Positions 10,890-19,396 of a DNA stretch of 53,828 nt are shown here, one piece after another. A program made the translations under genes and the position numbers. The stretch lies in contig JBHLLF010000007.1 of assembly GCA_048885865.1 (NCBI GenBank), positions 62,776 through 116,603 on the forward strand. Direction: 5' to 3'. The notes under the pieces were generated by a model. That model was given only the letters and a program-made list of their open reading frames with translations, made no database searches and was not told the DNA's origin. The DNA is from Candidatus Hermodarchaeota archaeon (lineage in GTDB: Archaea; Asgardarchaeota; Thorarchaeia; Thorarchaeales; Thorarchaeaceae). Within the stretch, counting starts at the first letter, position 1, and the number at the start of each line of letters is the position of its first letter.

Positions 10890-11181
10890 GATTGAATACG
10901 AGGCTTTCTGAGCAGAAATAGTGGCGGTTTCGGATTAATGTCGATCAGATGTGGTCATGAGATAGATAGTTTATGAAGACACCTCGTAAACTCTGACTCC
11001 AATGATTCCACTAGCTTTGTATTGAATGTTCTTCTCTAAGAAAATCGTAGGAGTTTGCAGAACAGATTCAGGCAGGAATCACTGTGTTGATGACAACTGA
11101 TAAATCAAAACTTTGTCTATTGTTTTAGGCAAGAATTCGTGTGGTGGCGTGCAGGCATAACTTCACTACCGCATAAAGCAG

Positions 11182-12114
11182 ATGGGAGTCACATTGGATA
11201 AAATAGACAAAGATATCCTTCGCGATCTCTTCAGGTTTAACTGCAGAGCTAGCTATAGATCTTTGGCCAGAAAGTTCGGTCTCAGCCCTAACGCTGTCAA
11301 GAATCGAGTTACAAAGATGATTGACCAGGGTGTCATCCGCAAGTTCCAGGTTTCTTTGAATCATGAGATGACTGGTATGGAATTAGTCTTCGGACTTGTC
11401 TTCACTGACGGGACTGAAAACAGCGTGGAATTTGTTTCAAAAGTTGGTGGCAATCCTATCATTTCCAATGTGTTGACATTGACAGCTCTAGAGGGGGGTG
11501 CATACTTCATCGATGGTCACTGTAGTGGACCTAACAAACTGGCCGAATTAGGAACCATGCTCAGAGGATTTGATCAAGTGCGGCAAGTCGAGCTGCACAT
11601 GGCATTCCGTCCTTGGAAAGGCCGCAAGGTTGAGTTCTCAAAAGCACAGCTGAAGGTCATTCGTTGTCTACAGCAAGATGCTCGTATGAGAATTGAGGAA
11701 ATTGCTCAAAGAACCGGGATGGCTTCAAAGACTGTCCGCAGGATACTCCGAGAGATAGAGCCCGGAAATGGACTCTATTATCACTGCAGAGTAGATTATT
11801 CTGCAGGAGGCGTTGTAGACGCCACTCTTCGCATTGAATGGGATGGCAAGACGACATCGCTTGAGGAAATGTTTGACTGGATTAGACTTGAATACAAGGA
11901 TGATTTGTGGATAGTGTACATGTCGTCAACTGAGCCTGTTATGTATGCATGCTTCATGCTGGATAGCATTCTGGACTTTGGGCTCATATCGAACCGAATC
12001 AGGGAGCAACCATTTGTCAAGTCTACTACGCCTTTAATCGCCATTGCAGCAGACTCTTTCGAAAGCCCGGGTGAGGCCATGCTCAGAGAAATGCTGGACA
12101 AAGCAGGTGTGTGA
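11182..12114 (+). CDS. Tandem double Lrp/AsnC winged-helix transcriptional regulator
   Basis: LDKIDKDIL..NCRASYRSLARKFGLSPNAVKNRV and a second HTH, LQQDARMRIEEIAQRTGMASKTVRR. Confidence 0.88.
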   Translation: MGVTLDKIDKDILRDLFRFNCRASYRSLARKFGLSPNAVKNRVTKMIDQGVIRKFQVSLNHEMTGMELVFGLVFTDGTENSVEFVSKVGGNPIISNVLTLTALEGGAYFIDGHCSGPNKLAELGTMLRGFDQVRQVELHMAFRPWKGRKVEFSKAQLKVIRCLQQDARMRIEEIAQRTGMASKTVRRILREIEPGNGLYYHCRVDYSAGGVVDATLRIEWDGKTTSLEEMFDWIRLEYKDDLWIVYMSSTEPVMYACFMLDSILDFGLISNRIREQPFVKSTTPLIAIAADSFESPGEAMLREMLDKAGV

Positions 12115-12301
12115 AACCCTTCCAAAGAAACTCAGCAGGGAGTCCACCCGATTTGTGAACTTATAGCTGCACTTTTCGTGCCGCTAAGAGCACTCCAAAG
12201 CCAATCTGTGCAGGCTTATTCTAACGCGCATTGATATTCAGAGAAGGCCATGTATCCCCTGAGGATGACTATGTAGTCGAAAACGACTGATGTCTTCCAC
12301 A

Positions 12302-12325
12302 TCTGAGGGCCTTCAGGTCCTCAGA
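12302..12325. other. Stem-loop upstream of small membrane gene
   Basis: TCTGAGGGCC-TTCA-GGTCCTCAGA: 10-bp stem with one G-U pair. Confidence 0.5.
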
Positions 12326-12347
12326 AACACGTTTTGGAGATGGAACT

Positions 12348-12686
12348 ATGTCAAATCAGAGGATACTAGGTCAGATGGTAGGCAGAATCGTACTCTGCTG
12401 GGTTTTACTCCTGGCATTATATTTCATTCATGAAATGGGGCATCTCGTTCTGTACAATATGTTCTCCAACACAACTGATGGGAAAATTCTATTCGATGGA
12501 GCAAGGTATGCTATGTACCATCCAGCAGTACTTGATCCCTTTGCGGATAGAATGATACGTGCCGGGGGATTAATAGCGACACTTCCAGCAGTCATTCTTG
12601 TCAGGAAAAAGACTCCATTGCTTGGAATGGTAGCTCTTTTCTGGATAGTATATGGGATATACGAGGCATTCTTCCTAGTACGTTGA
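12348..12686 (+). CDS. Small membrane protein with HExxH motif (M50-like/zincin-like)
   Basis: FIHEMGH after a TM helix; IRAGGL; three hydrophobic segments. Confidence 0.7.
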   Translation: MSNQRILGQMVGRIVLCWVLLLALYFIHEMGHLVLYNMFSNTTDGKILFDGARYAMYHPAVLDPFADRMIRAGGLIATLPAVILVRKKTPLLGMVALFWIVYGIYEAFFLVR

Positions 12687-12766
12687 GCGAAACAGCAGTA
12701 AGTTTGCTATTCAAATACGATTAGCAAGATTTCATTTGGAGATGACTTTCTCGACAGAGTCACTCA

Positions 12767-12928
12767 TTAGAGTTTCTGAAGATTCTGCTGGGTAAATACA
12801 CAGGACTGTCGTCTTTCAACAGCATAGTATCTGCGGCTCGCGCAAGCCCGCACCTCTTTCCCATTGGGGCCAAGAGTAATCCCGCCGTATTTGCCTTCGC
12901 CGGGGGAAATATCTTGCTAGACTACCAT
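12767..12928 (-). pseudogene. Degenerate partial duplicate of the C-terminus of the 13261-13833 gene
   Basis: MVV*QDISPGEGKYGG...SRRYYAVERRQSCVFTQQNLQKL*. SRRYYAVERRQSCVFTQQNLQK vs [22 protein letters not shown]: 11/22 aa and 47/66 nt identical (hand count). Confidence 0.55.
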
Positions 12929-12997
12929 GACTAAGCATTATAATAATCCCAAATTTAATTCGGAGCGCTATAATTGCTTTAAATTTGACGAGATAAG

Positions 12998-13004
12998 TTT
13001 ATAT
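12998..13004 (+). promoter_or_regulatory. TATA box for the micropeptide transcript
   Basis: TTTATAT preceded by purine-rich BRE-like GAGATAAG. Confidence 0.55.
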
Positions 13005-13134
13005 CCCATTAAAACGGAAATTAAGGGCGAGGTTCTTTTTGTACAGACAACTCACGAAACCGGACTCTATTAAGAGAAGGTCCAATGGCTGTCCGAGGCA
13101 TGAGCAACCTACATGGTCATGCGAGGTGAAAGTG

Positions 13135-13188
13135 ATGGCCAAAGACAAGAACCAGAAACCAAAAGCAAAACCGAAGCCAAAGAAGTAG
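13135..13188 (+). CDS. 17-aa Lys/Pro-rich micropeptide MAKDKNQKPKAKPKPKK
   Basis: Strong SD GAGGTGA (13123-13129) 5 nt before ATG; upstream TATA; downstream hairpins. Confidence 0.65.
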   Translation: MAKDKNQKPKAKPKPKK

Positions 13189-13232
13189 CGGCCTGATGAC
13201 CGCTATGTCTCTTTGACCTAGCAAAGCACCCC

Positions 13233-13258
13233 CAGGAGGATTTCAAAAAATCCTCCTG
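13233..13258. terminator. Perfect 11-bp hairpin between convergent genes
   Basis: CAGGAGGATTT-CAAA-AAATCCTCCTG. Confidence 0.7.
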
Positions 13259-13260
13259 AA

Positions 13261-13833
13261 CTATTTCTCGTATTCGCCTTTCCTGAAATTGTGCTGAGCA
13301 AATGCACGAAATTGAGATCCTTCAACAACATAGTATGTTCGGCTTTGGTAGCCCCCATAACTGGTTAGACTGCGTTCGAATATAACGCCATCCTCAAATC
13401 GATGAGCATGAGGAGATTCACGGGTGAACTTGCGGTCCAGCCCCCATCTGTCATGGAAACCTGCAACTCTGGCAATTCGTACATCCATGATATCATCACT
13501 GTCACGTCTTTTTGACAGAGTATCGTGTAGGACCTCTTCAGTGATTTCAAAGCCCCCGCGTTTCAGAAGATATTCAATGATTTCTTGCTGCAGCTGATTC
13601 TCTGCAACTTCTCTATCAGCATCTTCGGTTTCTCCATCAAGTATTCTACTTCCTATGACTTTGACTCCAGGAGTTAGCGACCTCTCTCCCCTCCGCCTTG
13701 CGATAATACTGCTCTCTCTTACTCTCTTAGCTTTCAGTCTGGCTTTTTCCTTCTTATGCTCCAATCCTTTTTCTCGCTTATTCCCTGTGTCTGGCAGTCC
13801 TAATGCCTCCGAGATATGTATGTAAGACTTCAC
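13261..13833 (-). CDS. Hypothetical protein with basic N-terminus, translationally coupled to yjbQ
   Basis: 190-aa ORF; GTG start overlaps the yjbQ TGA. Confidence 0.7.
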   Translation of the reverse strand: MKSYIHISEALGLPDTGNKREKGLEHKKEKARLKAKRVRESSIIARRRGERSLTPGVKVIGSRILDGETEDADREVAENQLQQEIIEYLLKRGGFEITEEVLHDTLSKRRDSDDIMDVRIARVAGFHDRWGLDRKFTRESPHAHRFEDGVIFERSLTSYGGYQSRTYYVVEGSQFRAFAQHNFRKGEYEK

Positions 13834-14249
13834 TCGCCTATAATCTTGACCAGAACACGCTTGGACCTGCGACCATCAAACTCTCCGTAGAAGATAGCCT
13901 CCCAAGGTCCAAGATCGAGTTTCCCATTTGTGATAGCTATTACTACTTCCCGGCCCATGATCTGACGTTTGTGATGAGCGTCTCCGTTATCCTCACCTGT
14001 ACGGTTGTGTTTGTATCGGCTAATCGGCTCATGGGGTGCTAGCTCTTCCAGCCAACGCTTATAGTCGTCATGCAATCCGCTCTCATTGTCATTGATGAAG
14101 ACGCTAGCTGTGATGTGCATGGCATTGACGAGGCATAGACCTTCTTGGACTCCGCTCGCTGAAACTTCCTCTTGTACTTGGCGAGTAATATGAACGAAGT
14201 CCATTCTTGCGGGTACATTGAAGGTAAGGTATTTAGTATGGCTTTTCAT
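13830..14249 (-). CDS. yjbQ: YjbQ family (secondary thiamine-phosphate synthase-like, UPF0047)
   Basis: [42 protein letters not shown]; likely ATG at 14249. Confidence 0.92.
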   Translation of the reverse strand: MKSHTKYLTFNVPARMDFVHITRQVQEEVSASGVQEGLCLVNAMHITASVFINDNESGLHDDYKRWLEELAPHEPISRYKHNRTGEDNGDAHHKRQIMGREVVIAITNGKLDLGPWEAIFYGEFDGRRSKRVLVKIIGE

Positions 14250-14356
14250 GGCATCTGTTCCATCAAAGGGCTCGTGTAAAAACATTGCCAAGTAGAGGCA
14301 AATGTCCGAGGCATACTTAGCCCACGGCTATCAACAGACTCAAATCGCCGGACCTT

Positions 14357-14399
14357 GTTTGTCAAGAGAATTTGACAAACCGGTTTTGGTCTTGTCAAA
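14357..14399. promoter_or_regulatory. Overlapping TTGTCAA/TTGACAA palindromic operator
   Basis: GTTTGTCAA-N6-TTGACAAAC (14357-14380) and TTTGACAA...TTGTCAAA (14371-14399), between divergent yjbQ and the wHTH gene. Confidence 0.55.
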
Positions 14400-14457
14400 A
14401 AAGTTAGTGAAAATCGGTTATTAATCTAGAATTCCAAGTAATTCATGGTAATGACAA

Positions 14458-14595
14458 ATGACCAGCGAATCTGAAGACGTGTTGAAAGCTCTGTCCAGTT
14501 CAACGCGTAGAACAATCATGAGACAGATCTCTGAGAGAGGTAGTGCTACTTACACAGAGATAATGCAAGTGCTAGATCTCGACCCATCCGTCTGA
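14458..14595 (+). pseudogene. Truncated ArsR/HTH_20-type winged-helix regulator (45 aa)
   Basis: Not in ORF track. MTSESEDVLKALSSSTRRTIMRQISERGSATYTEIMQVLDLDPSV* stops just before the expected recognition helix. Confidence 0.7.
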
Positions 14596-14835
14596 AAGCG
14601 CATATTCCTTAATCGTCCTATTCAACTCCAGCTGCTCAAAAGATTCAGCTCGCGTCAAGTAGAGATGAGGCGTGACCCAATCATGGTTGAGCGCGGGAAT
14701 AGAAGGAACACATTCACGTTTGACCTGCTCCAATACTGCTGAGATTGCAGCATCTTCTGATACCTCTATGGTCCATCGATGCGATTCTACAAATGATTCA
14801 TTTGAACGTGTTCCAGTCGATATTATCAGCTTCAC
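14572..14835 (-). CDS. Ubiquitin-like (beta-grasp) protein, C-terminus apparently truncated, no diglycine
   Basis: TIEVSEDAAISAVLEQV and QLELNRTIKEYALSDG resemble ubiquitin TLEVEPSDTIENVKAKI and QLEDGRTLSDYNIQKE. GTG start after AGGTG SD (ORF track extends to 14889). Confidence 0.6.
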   Translation of the reverse strand: MKLIISTGTRSNESFVESHRWTIEVSEDAAISAVLEQVKRECVPSIPALNHDWVTPHLYLTRAESFEQLELNRTIKEYALSDGWVEI

Positions 14836-14979
14836 GGGAGAGCACCTGAAATCAGCGACAACAAAGCTGCTTCCATCTATTATGGGCATGATGTTTCAGC
14901 AATGGAAACCACGAACTCTTTAATCCAAATAATCCATCGGAAATGCCGTCTACCTTTTGCATAGTTGGATTGATGAAAC

Positions 14980-15297
14980 ATGGCTAAAGTAAGTCCCTTT
15001 GTGAAATTGCTGAGAGGCGAGTATGAGCTCACTGTTATTCTCCTACTTACAAGACTGAAAGGCAAGTCAAGAGCTGATGAGATCATCAAGGCAGGCTTGA
15101 AGACCAAGACGCTGCCAGCCCTCAATGGGGCAAGAGTGGCTGCGGCAAGGAAGTTCCTGCTGAAGAATGAACTCATCACAATTGAGAAAGAAGGCAAGGA
15201 GATTATTCATATCCTCACCAAGAAAGGAGCCAAGCTTGGCAGGCTACTCAATTCCATTGCGGATTTCATTGTAAAGGACCTGAACTGGAAGCGCTAG
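14980..15297 (+). CDS. Small basic winged-helix DNA-binding protein
   Basis: LLKNELITIEKEGKEIIHILTKKG wing signature. Confidence 0.72.
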   Translation: MAKVSPFVKLLRGEYELTVILLLTRLKGKSRADEIIKAGLKTKTLPALNGARVAAARKFLLKNELITIEKEGKEIIHILTKKGAKLGRLLNSIADFIVKDLNWKR

Positions 15298-15301
15298 AAG
15301 G

Positions 15302-18256
15302 TCACCATTGGTATCTTCTGGAGGAACGCTGTCTGAGGTAATTCGCCACCACCATGATAATGATGATTGTAAATCCACCTGAGAACACTAGAAGAACTAG
15401 GTTCAGAATGTCAGGATCGAATGGATTTGGTGTTGTGGTGGGAGTGGGTGTAGTAATGGTGGGAGATGTGCCATTCCCGGTCGACAGCAATATCGTAAAG
15501 GACTCCACGTTACTCCACTGACTAGCAGCATCATGGTCATCGACAGCCCTCACACGGATGTAGTAGACCCCATTAGATAGTCCCGTGAGTTCTTTGTCTG
15601 TTTCAGTCACGTTCCATTCTGCTATTATAAGACTGAAGTCATTGCTAGCGCTCAACTGTAGCTGATAGTGGTCGATTGCGTTCTCCAAGTCATATGCGCC
15701 GGTCCAGTTTATGACTAAGTGGTCAGTAGAGATAGTTGTTCCAGGGTCAATTAGTATTGGAGCTAGTGGGACCTGATTGTTTATTGTGTACATGTAGATC
15801 GATGTCGTTGCATCATTGTATTGCGTAGAGTTGTCATACGCCACGATGTAGTATTCGACCACATTATCAACATAGAAGACACCAAGGCCACCACTATACT
15901 CATCACCAACTCCCTTTGTCAATGCTACAGATATCCAAGCACCTGAATCAACCCGATAGTAGCAGGTCGCATTCTTGATGCCTCTTGGGTCCGTTATGTC
16001 AGCACTTACGGTCACGGAGTCCCCGTGCACAGGCGCAGTAGGTGAAAGGACCGGGGTCGAGATTGTTGGTCCTATCAGATCCTGTACGATTACAACAACG
16101 AGAGATTGAGGGAAGCACCAGAATCCATTGGTACCATCATTGTCTACTGCACGGACTCTGAAGTAGTAGGTGTCATTGTCGAACACCATCATCATGTATT
16201 CATCCGTGAACACAGATATCTGGTCCAGAATATTTGTGAACCAGCTGTTATCACTCACTTGAATCTCATAGTGGTCAATGTATCCATCAGGGTCTGTAGA
16301 TGCTGTCCAGTTGAGGAGGAACACTCCATCATCATCAGTTGTCCCCGGATCCGGTAAGCCCGGTGTGGATGGGAAGTAATTGATTCCATTAAGAGAGACG
16401 ACTGATGACACTGATTCCATCACATCTGAGGAGCTATCGAATGTGCGAACATAGTAGTCCTTCTCTGCGGAGGCATTGAAGTTTCCAATATCTGCAGAGT
16501 AGAGGTCGCCACCCACTGGAGTCATTGACACACTCTGCCAGGTGCCAAGATTATCGCGATAGTAACAGGTGATGTTGCTCAGCCCGTCTGAATCAGTCGC
16601 TGTTACATTGACAGTCATCGGGTCTCCATGGTTTGGAGCCGAGGGTGCGTGGGTAAGACCCGAAAGCATTGGAGCATCATTTGGAGGTGCAACATCTGCC
16701 AACCAATGAATTGTATTAACGAGCAGGACATCATTGTCGCTGTCAAAATAATCAATGACACCATCATTGTCCTGGTCCTCATCAAGGGGATAAGAAGTGC
16801 AATCCATGAAGTTACCATCCAGAACCACTGACACCTTGCCAGCGCCATATGTTGAAACTGCCATTAGCGTGATGCCATCTGCCCCTAGATAGTCATCCCA
16901 CCAGCCTCCTGCTCCCCAGCAGCTTGTCATATCCCAGTCAGTCACTATTATACGCTCTGCGTTCGCTGGGAGTGTTGTGAATCCATCACTGGCATAGAAC
17001 TCCACCCTTGATACATTGTATGTTATTTGATGAGAGAGAATACTGTTTCCAGTATATGCGATTCCGCTCGGGTAGTACCAAATCATTGCATCGTCTGTAT
17101 CATAAAGAGTATCCCGAGCCCAATCATATCCAAAATTGTTCGCAAGTGCTCTTATGTCATCGCCGTAAGTAGTGTGTTCAGACTGAATGAAGATTGAACC
17201 TCCGTTTGCCACATAGTCATTGAGTATGGCTATCTCGGCAGTGTTATAATCGTAAGTAGGGGAGTATGGGAGGGGGCAAATGACCACATCACTAGCATTG
17301 AGGAAGGCTGCATCCAATGCGTCCATCCGTGACACAGCAAACCCGGCCTCCACCAAATCCTCCACAAATGCGATTGCTGGATGGTCGTCAGTGTAATATT
17401 GATCTTGCCGTTCGTTTAACCAAGTATATTCGCTATGTTGTGAGTAATCGAAGACCACATGATTGGGTAGCCGGATTGCGTTACCCACTATCTGTTCATA
17501 GTAAGGACCAGGATCTGAAAGGTCAAAGCCGAGGAAGACAACATGCCCTCGACCCATTGTCTTGTGGACACATACTGGACTATCTGTATCATAGTCGGCA
17601 AAAGCATTAGTCCCATCTGTCGTAGCGACTGCAAAGGTGTGGTTTCGGGGGACCCAGCGATACTTGACCTGTCTACCTAGTGCATCACCGAACGTAATAC
17701 GGTTCATCTCCATAAGGGCTGCACTGGGATATTGACCCAAGACTGGACCAAACTGCATGAGACTTGACTCGTTGTAGATATGCAGGCCAAGTCCTGGGGC
17801 TGATGCATTTCCGAAATCAAGAAGCACAACCACGCCGCCATTGTTCACAAAGTCAGTGAGTGTGGATGCCCATGCCTGACCAACTGTCTTCATTTTGGTA
17901 ATATTTGCATTTTCTTGCTCTGGAATTAGGAGGATGTCATTACCTGGAAGCTCTGCATCTAGATATGTGTAGTTGATGAGGTTGGAGTACATATAGTTAG
18001 TACCGTATGTGTTGTTGATTGCAGTCATCGTGTTCTCGAGTTCTTCCCCGGGATTTTGGTCAGCAAACTCAGTATAAACAAGAATTGAAAGAGGAGCCAA
18101 TGACAGACCTTCAGCAGTCACTGTGGTCTGCAAGGGTGAAGCCAGATTGGTGACTGAATCTTCACCTGCGATTAACGGATTGGCTACAAGTGCAGGACTA
18201 AATAGAATCACTAGAAGGAGTATGGAGAGGGGTTTCTTAGACATCATCAGAGTCAC
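15302..18256 (-). CDS. Surface protein: two GATase-like/DUF4350 (GIFT-like) domains + Ig/FN3 domains + Thr/Pro linker + TM anchor
   Basis: DFVNNGGVVV and VVFDYSQHSE..DYVANGGSIFI; LNWTASTDPDG..YYFRVRAVD (FN3, twice); TPTPTTTP; C-terminal TM followed by RQRSSRR. Confidence 0.82.
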   Translation of the reverse strand: MTLMMSKKPLSILLLVILFSPALVANPLIAGEDSVTNLASPLQTTVTAEGLSLAPLSILVYTEFADQNPGEELENTMTAINNTYGTNYMYSNLINYTYLDAELPGNDILLIPEQENANITKMKTVGQAWASTLTDFVNNGGVVVLLDFGNASAPGLGLHIYNESSLMQFGPVLGQYPSAALMEMNRITFGDALGRQVKYRWVPRNHTFAVATTDGTNAFADYDTDSPVCVHKTMGRGHVVFLGFDLSDPGPYYEQIVGNAIRLPNHVVFDYSQHSEYTWLNERQDQYYTDDHPAIAFVEDLVEAGFAVSRMDALDAAFLNASDVVICPLPYSPTYDYNTAEIAILNDYVANGGSIFIQSEHTTYGDDIRALANNFGYDWARDTLYDTDDAMIWYYPSGIAYTGNSILSHQITYNVSRVEFYASDGFTTLPANAERIIVTDWDMTSCWGAGGWWDDYLGADGITLMAVSTYGAGKVSVVLDGNFMDCTSYPLDEDQDNDGVIDYFDSDNDVLLVNTIHWLADVAPPNDAPMLSGLTHAPSAPNHGDPMTVNVTATDSDGLSNITCYYRDNLGTWQSVSMTPVGGDLYSADIGNFNASAEKDYYVRTFDSSSDVMESVSSVVSLNGINYFPSTPGLPDPGTTDDDGVFLLNWTASTDPDGYIDHYEIQVSDNSWFTNILDQISVFTDEYMMMVFDNDTYYFRVRAVDNDGTNGFWCFPQSLVVVIVQDLIGPTISTPVLSPTAPVHGDSVTVSADITDPRGIKNATCYYRVDSGAWISVALTKGVGDEYSGGLGVFYVDNVVEYYIVAYDNSTQYNDATTSIYMYTINNQVPLAPILIDPGTTISTDHLVINWTGAYDLENAIDHYQLQLSASNDFSLIIAEWNVTETDKELTGLSNGVYYIRVRAVDDHDAASQWSNVESFTILLSTGNGTSPTITTPTPTTTPNPFDPDILNLVLLVFSGGFTIIIIMVVANYLRQRSSRRYQW

Positions 18257-18427
18257 CGCGCGGCATCAATTCAAACCACAAGTTTTGGATTTTCAATAAC
18301 TGTAGGAATTCGTTTTGAGGGCATAAAAGTCAATGTCGTGCAATGTTGGTAGGAATTAACTATCTGAAAACGAGTTCAGTTTCAATCATTCGTGAAGCCA
18401 GTAACTCCCTGAGCAGGCGTATTTGGC

Positions 18428-18652
18428 TTAGGTGAATCTAGAGAGAATAGTTCCAAGGCGCCCCTTGAAGCCCTCACCATCTTCTTGAAGCCGCTTCCGA
18501 ATCATCTTCCATGTAGCCGCACAGTTCTTGTAATCAACACTCAAGTAGTCGTGAAGAGCCTCATTGATAGCATCCGCGTTCTCCTTTGTCACAGTGACTC
18601 CAAGCTCAGCGAAAAGGTCAATCATCCTTGAGTTCTTGAAATAGCATGTCAT
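18428..18652 (-). CDS. Conserved small protein (MTCYF family), paralog 1
   Basis: Clear paralog of 34762-34971. Confidence 0.8.
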   Translation of the reverse strand: MTCYFKNSRMIDLFAELGVTVTKENADAINEALHDYLSVDYKNCAATWKMIRKRLQEDGEGFKGRLGTILSRFT

Positions 18653-18767
18653 CGGTATTTTCTGATTCTAATTGAATCTAAAATACTTGGTGCGTGACAT
18701 ATCACCGATTTGTTTGCTTTCAGGAGTCTCTTTATTTTCTTGCCATTCATGCTCAGATCGATTGGAA

Positions 18768-19325
18768 ATGAAGAGCTATGTCCTCCTTTACGACGGCTTC
18801 GTCCAGTTCGAGATTATTTTGTCCCTACTTCTCCTCAAGGACAAATCAGAGATTCACACCTTTACGGTTGATGAGAGAGTCGTTCCTAGTCATGAGAGAA
18901 TCAAGGCGATGGCGGATTTGACACTGGATGATGTCAAGCCAGATGATGTTGATCTCCTGATTATTCCTGGGGGTGAACCTGGAATCTACAAGGATTGTAA
19001 AGCAATCAACAACCTACTTCGGGAGATTCACAAGCGGAGAAAGCCCATCGCAGCAATATGCGGAGGACCGGAATTCCTGGCGAATGCAGGCATACTCAAG
19101 GACAAGAGAATCACTCATGGGCATGATCCGGAATATGCACTGAAGGTCTTCACGGACTGCACAATCGTAGATGATGATGTAGTCGTTGATGGAAATATCA
19201 TCACCGCTCGTGGCCAAGCATATGCTGAGTTTGCCATAGAGATTTGTAGACAGCTAAGTCTCTTTGAAAATGAGAAAGAAGCCGAAGAAACACTGAGCTG
19301 GTTTAAGAACACCTCGTGGCAATAA
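18768..19325 (+). CDS. DJ-1/PfpI family protein
   Basis: DLLIIPGG, IAAICGGP, DGNIITARG; likely ATG at 18768. Confidence 0.9.
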   Translation: MKSYVLLYDGFVQFEIILSLLLLKDKSEIHTFTVDERVVPSHERIKAMADLTLDDVKPDDVDLLIIPGGEPGIYKDCKAINNLLREIHKRRKPIAAICGGPEFLANAGILKDKRITHGHDPEYALKVFTDCTIVDDDVVVDGNIITARGQAYAEFAIEICRQLSLFENEKEAEETLSWFKNTSWQ

Positions 19326-19396
19326 GACCACGGTTCAAACTTCGTATATTTGCCAGTTGACAAGTGATATATCTCAAAAATCATCTTTCAGGGAAA

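Noticed and set aside
13050-13205. Hammerhead ribozyme (CGAAAC and CTGATGA present)
   Set aside because: The required stem II complementarity is absent.
13193-13259. Box C/D sRNA (CTGATGA...CTGA, 67 nt)
   Set aside because: C' and D' boxes are poor and the would-be guide is locked in a perfect terminator-like hairpin; no target identified.
12773-13344. Diversity-generating retroelement TR/VR pair
   Set aside because: Mismatches are not adenine-specific (e.g. G/C and C/T), identity is only ~71%, and there is no reverse transcriptase in the window.
19328-19339. 12-bp exact match CCACGGTTCAAA to 40589-40600
   Set aside because: 12-mer matches are expected by chance many times in 54 kb, and there is no flanking similarity.
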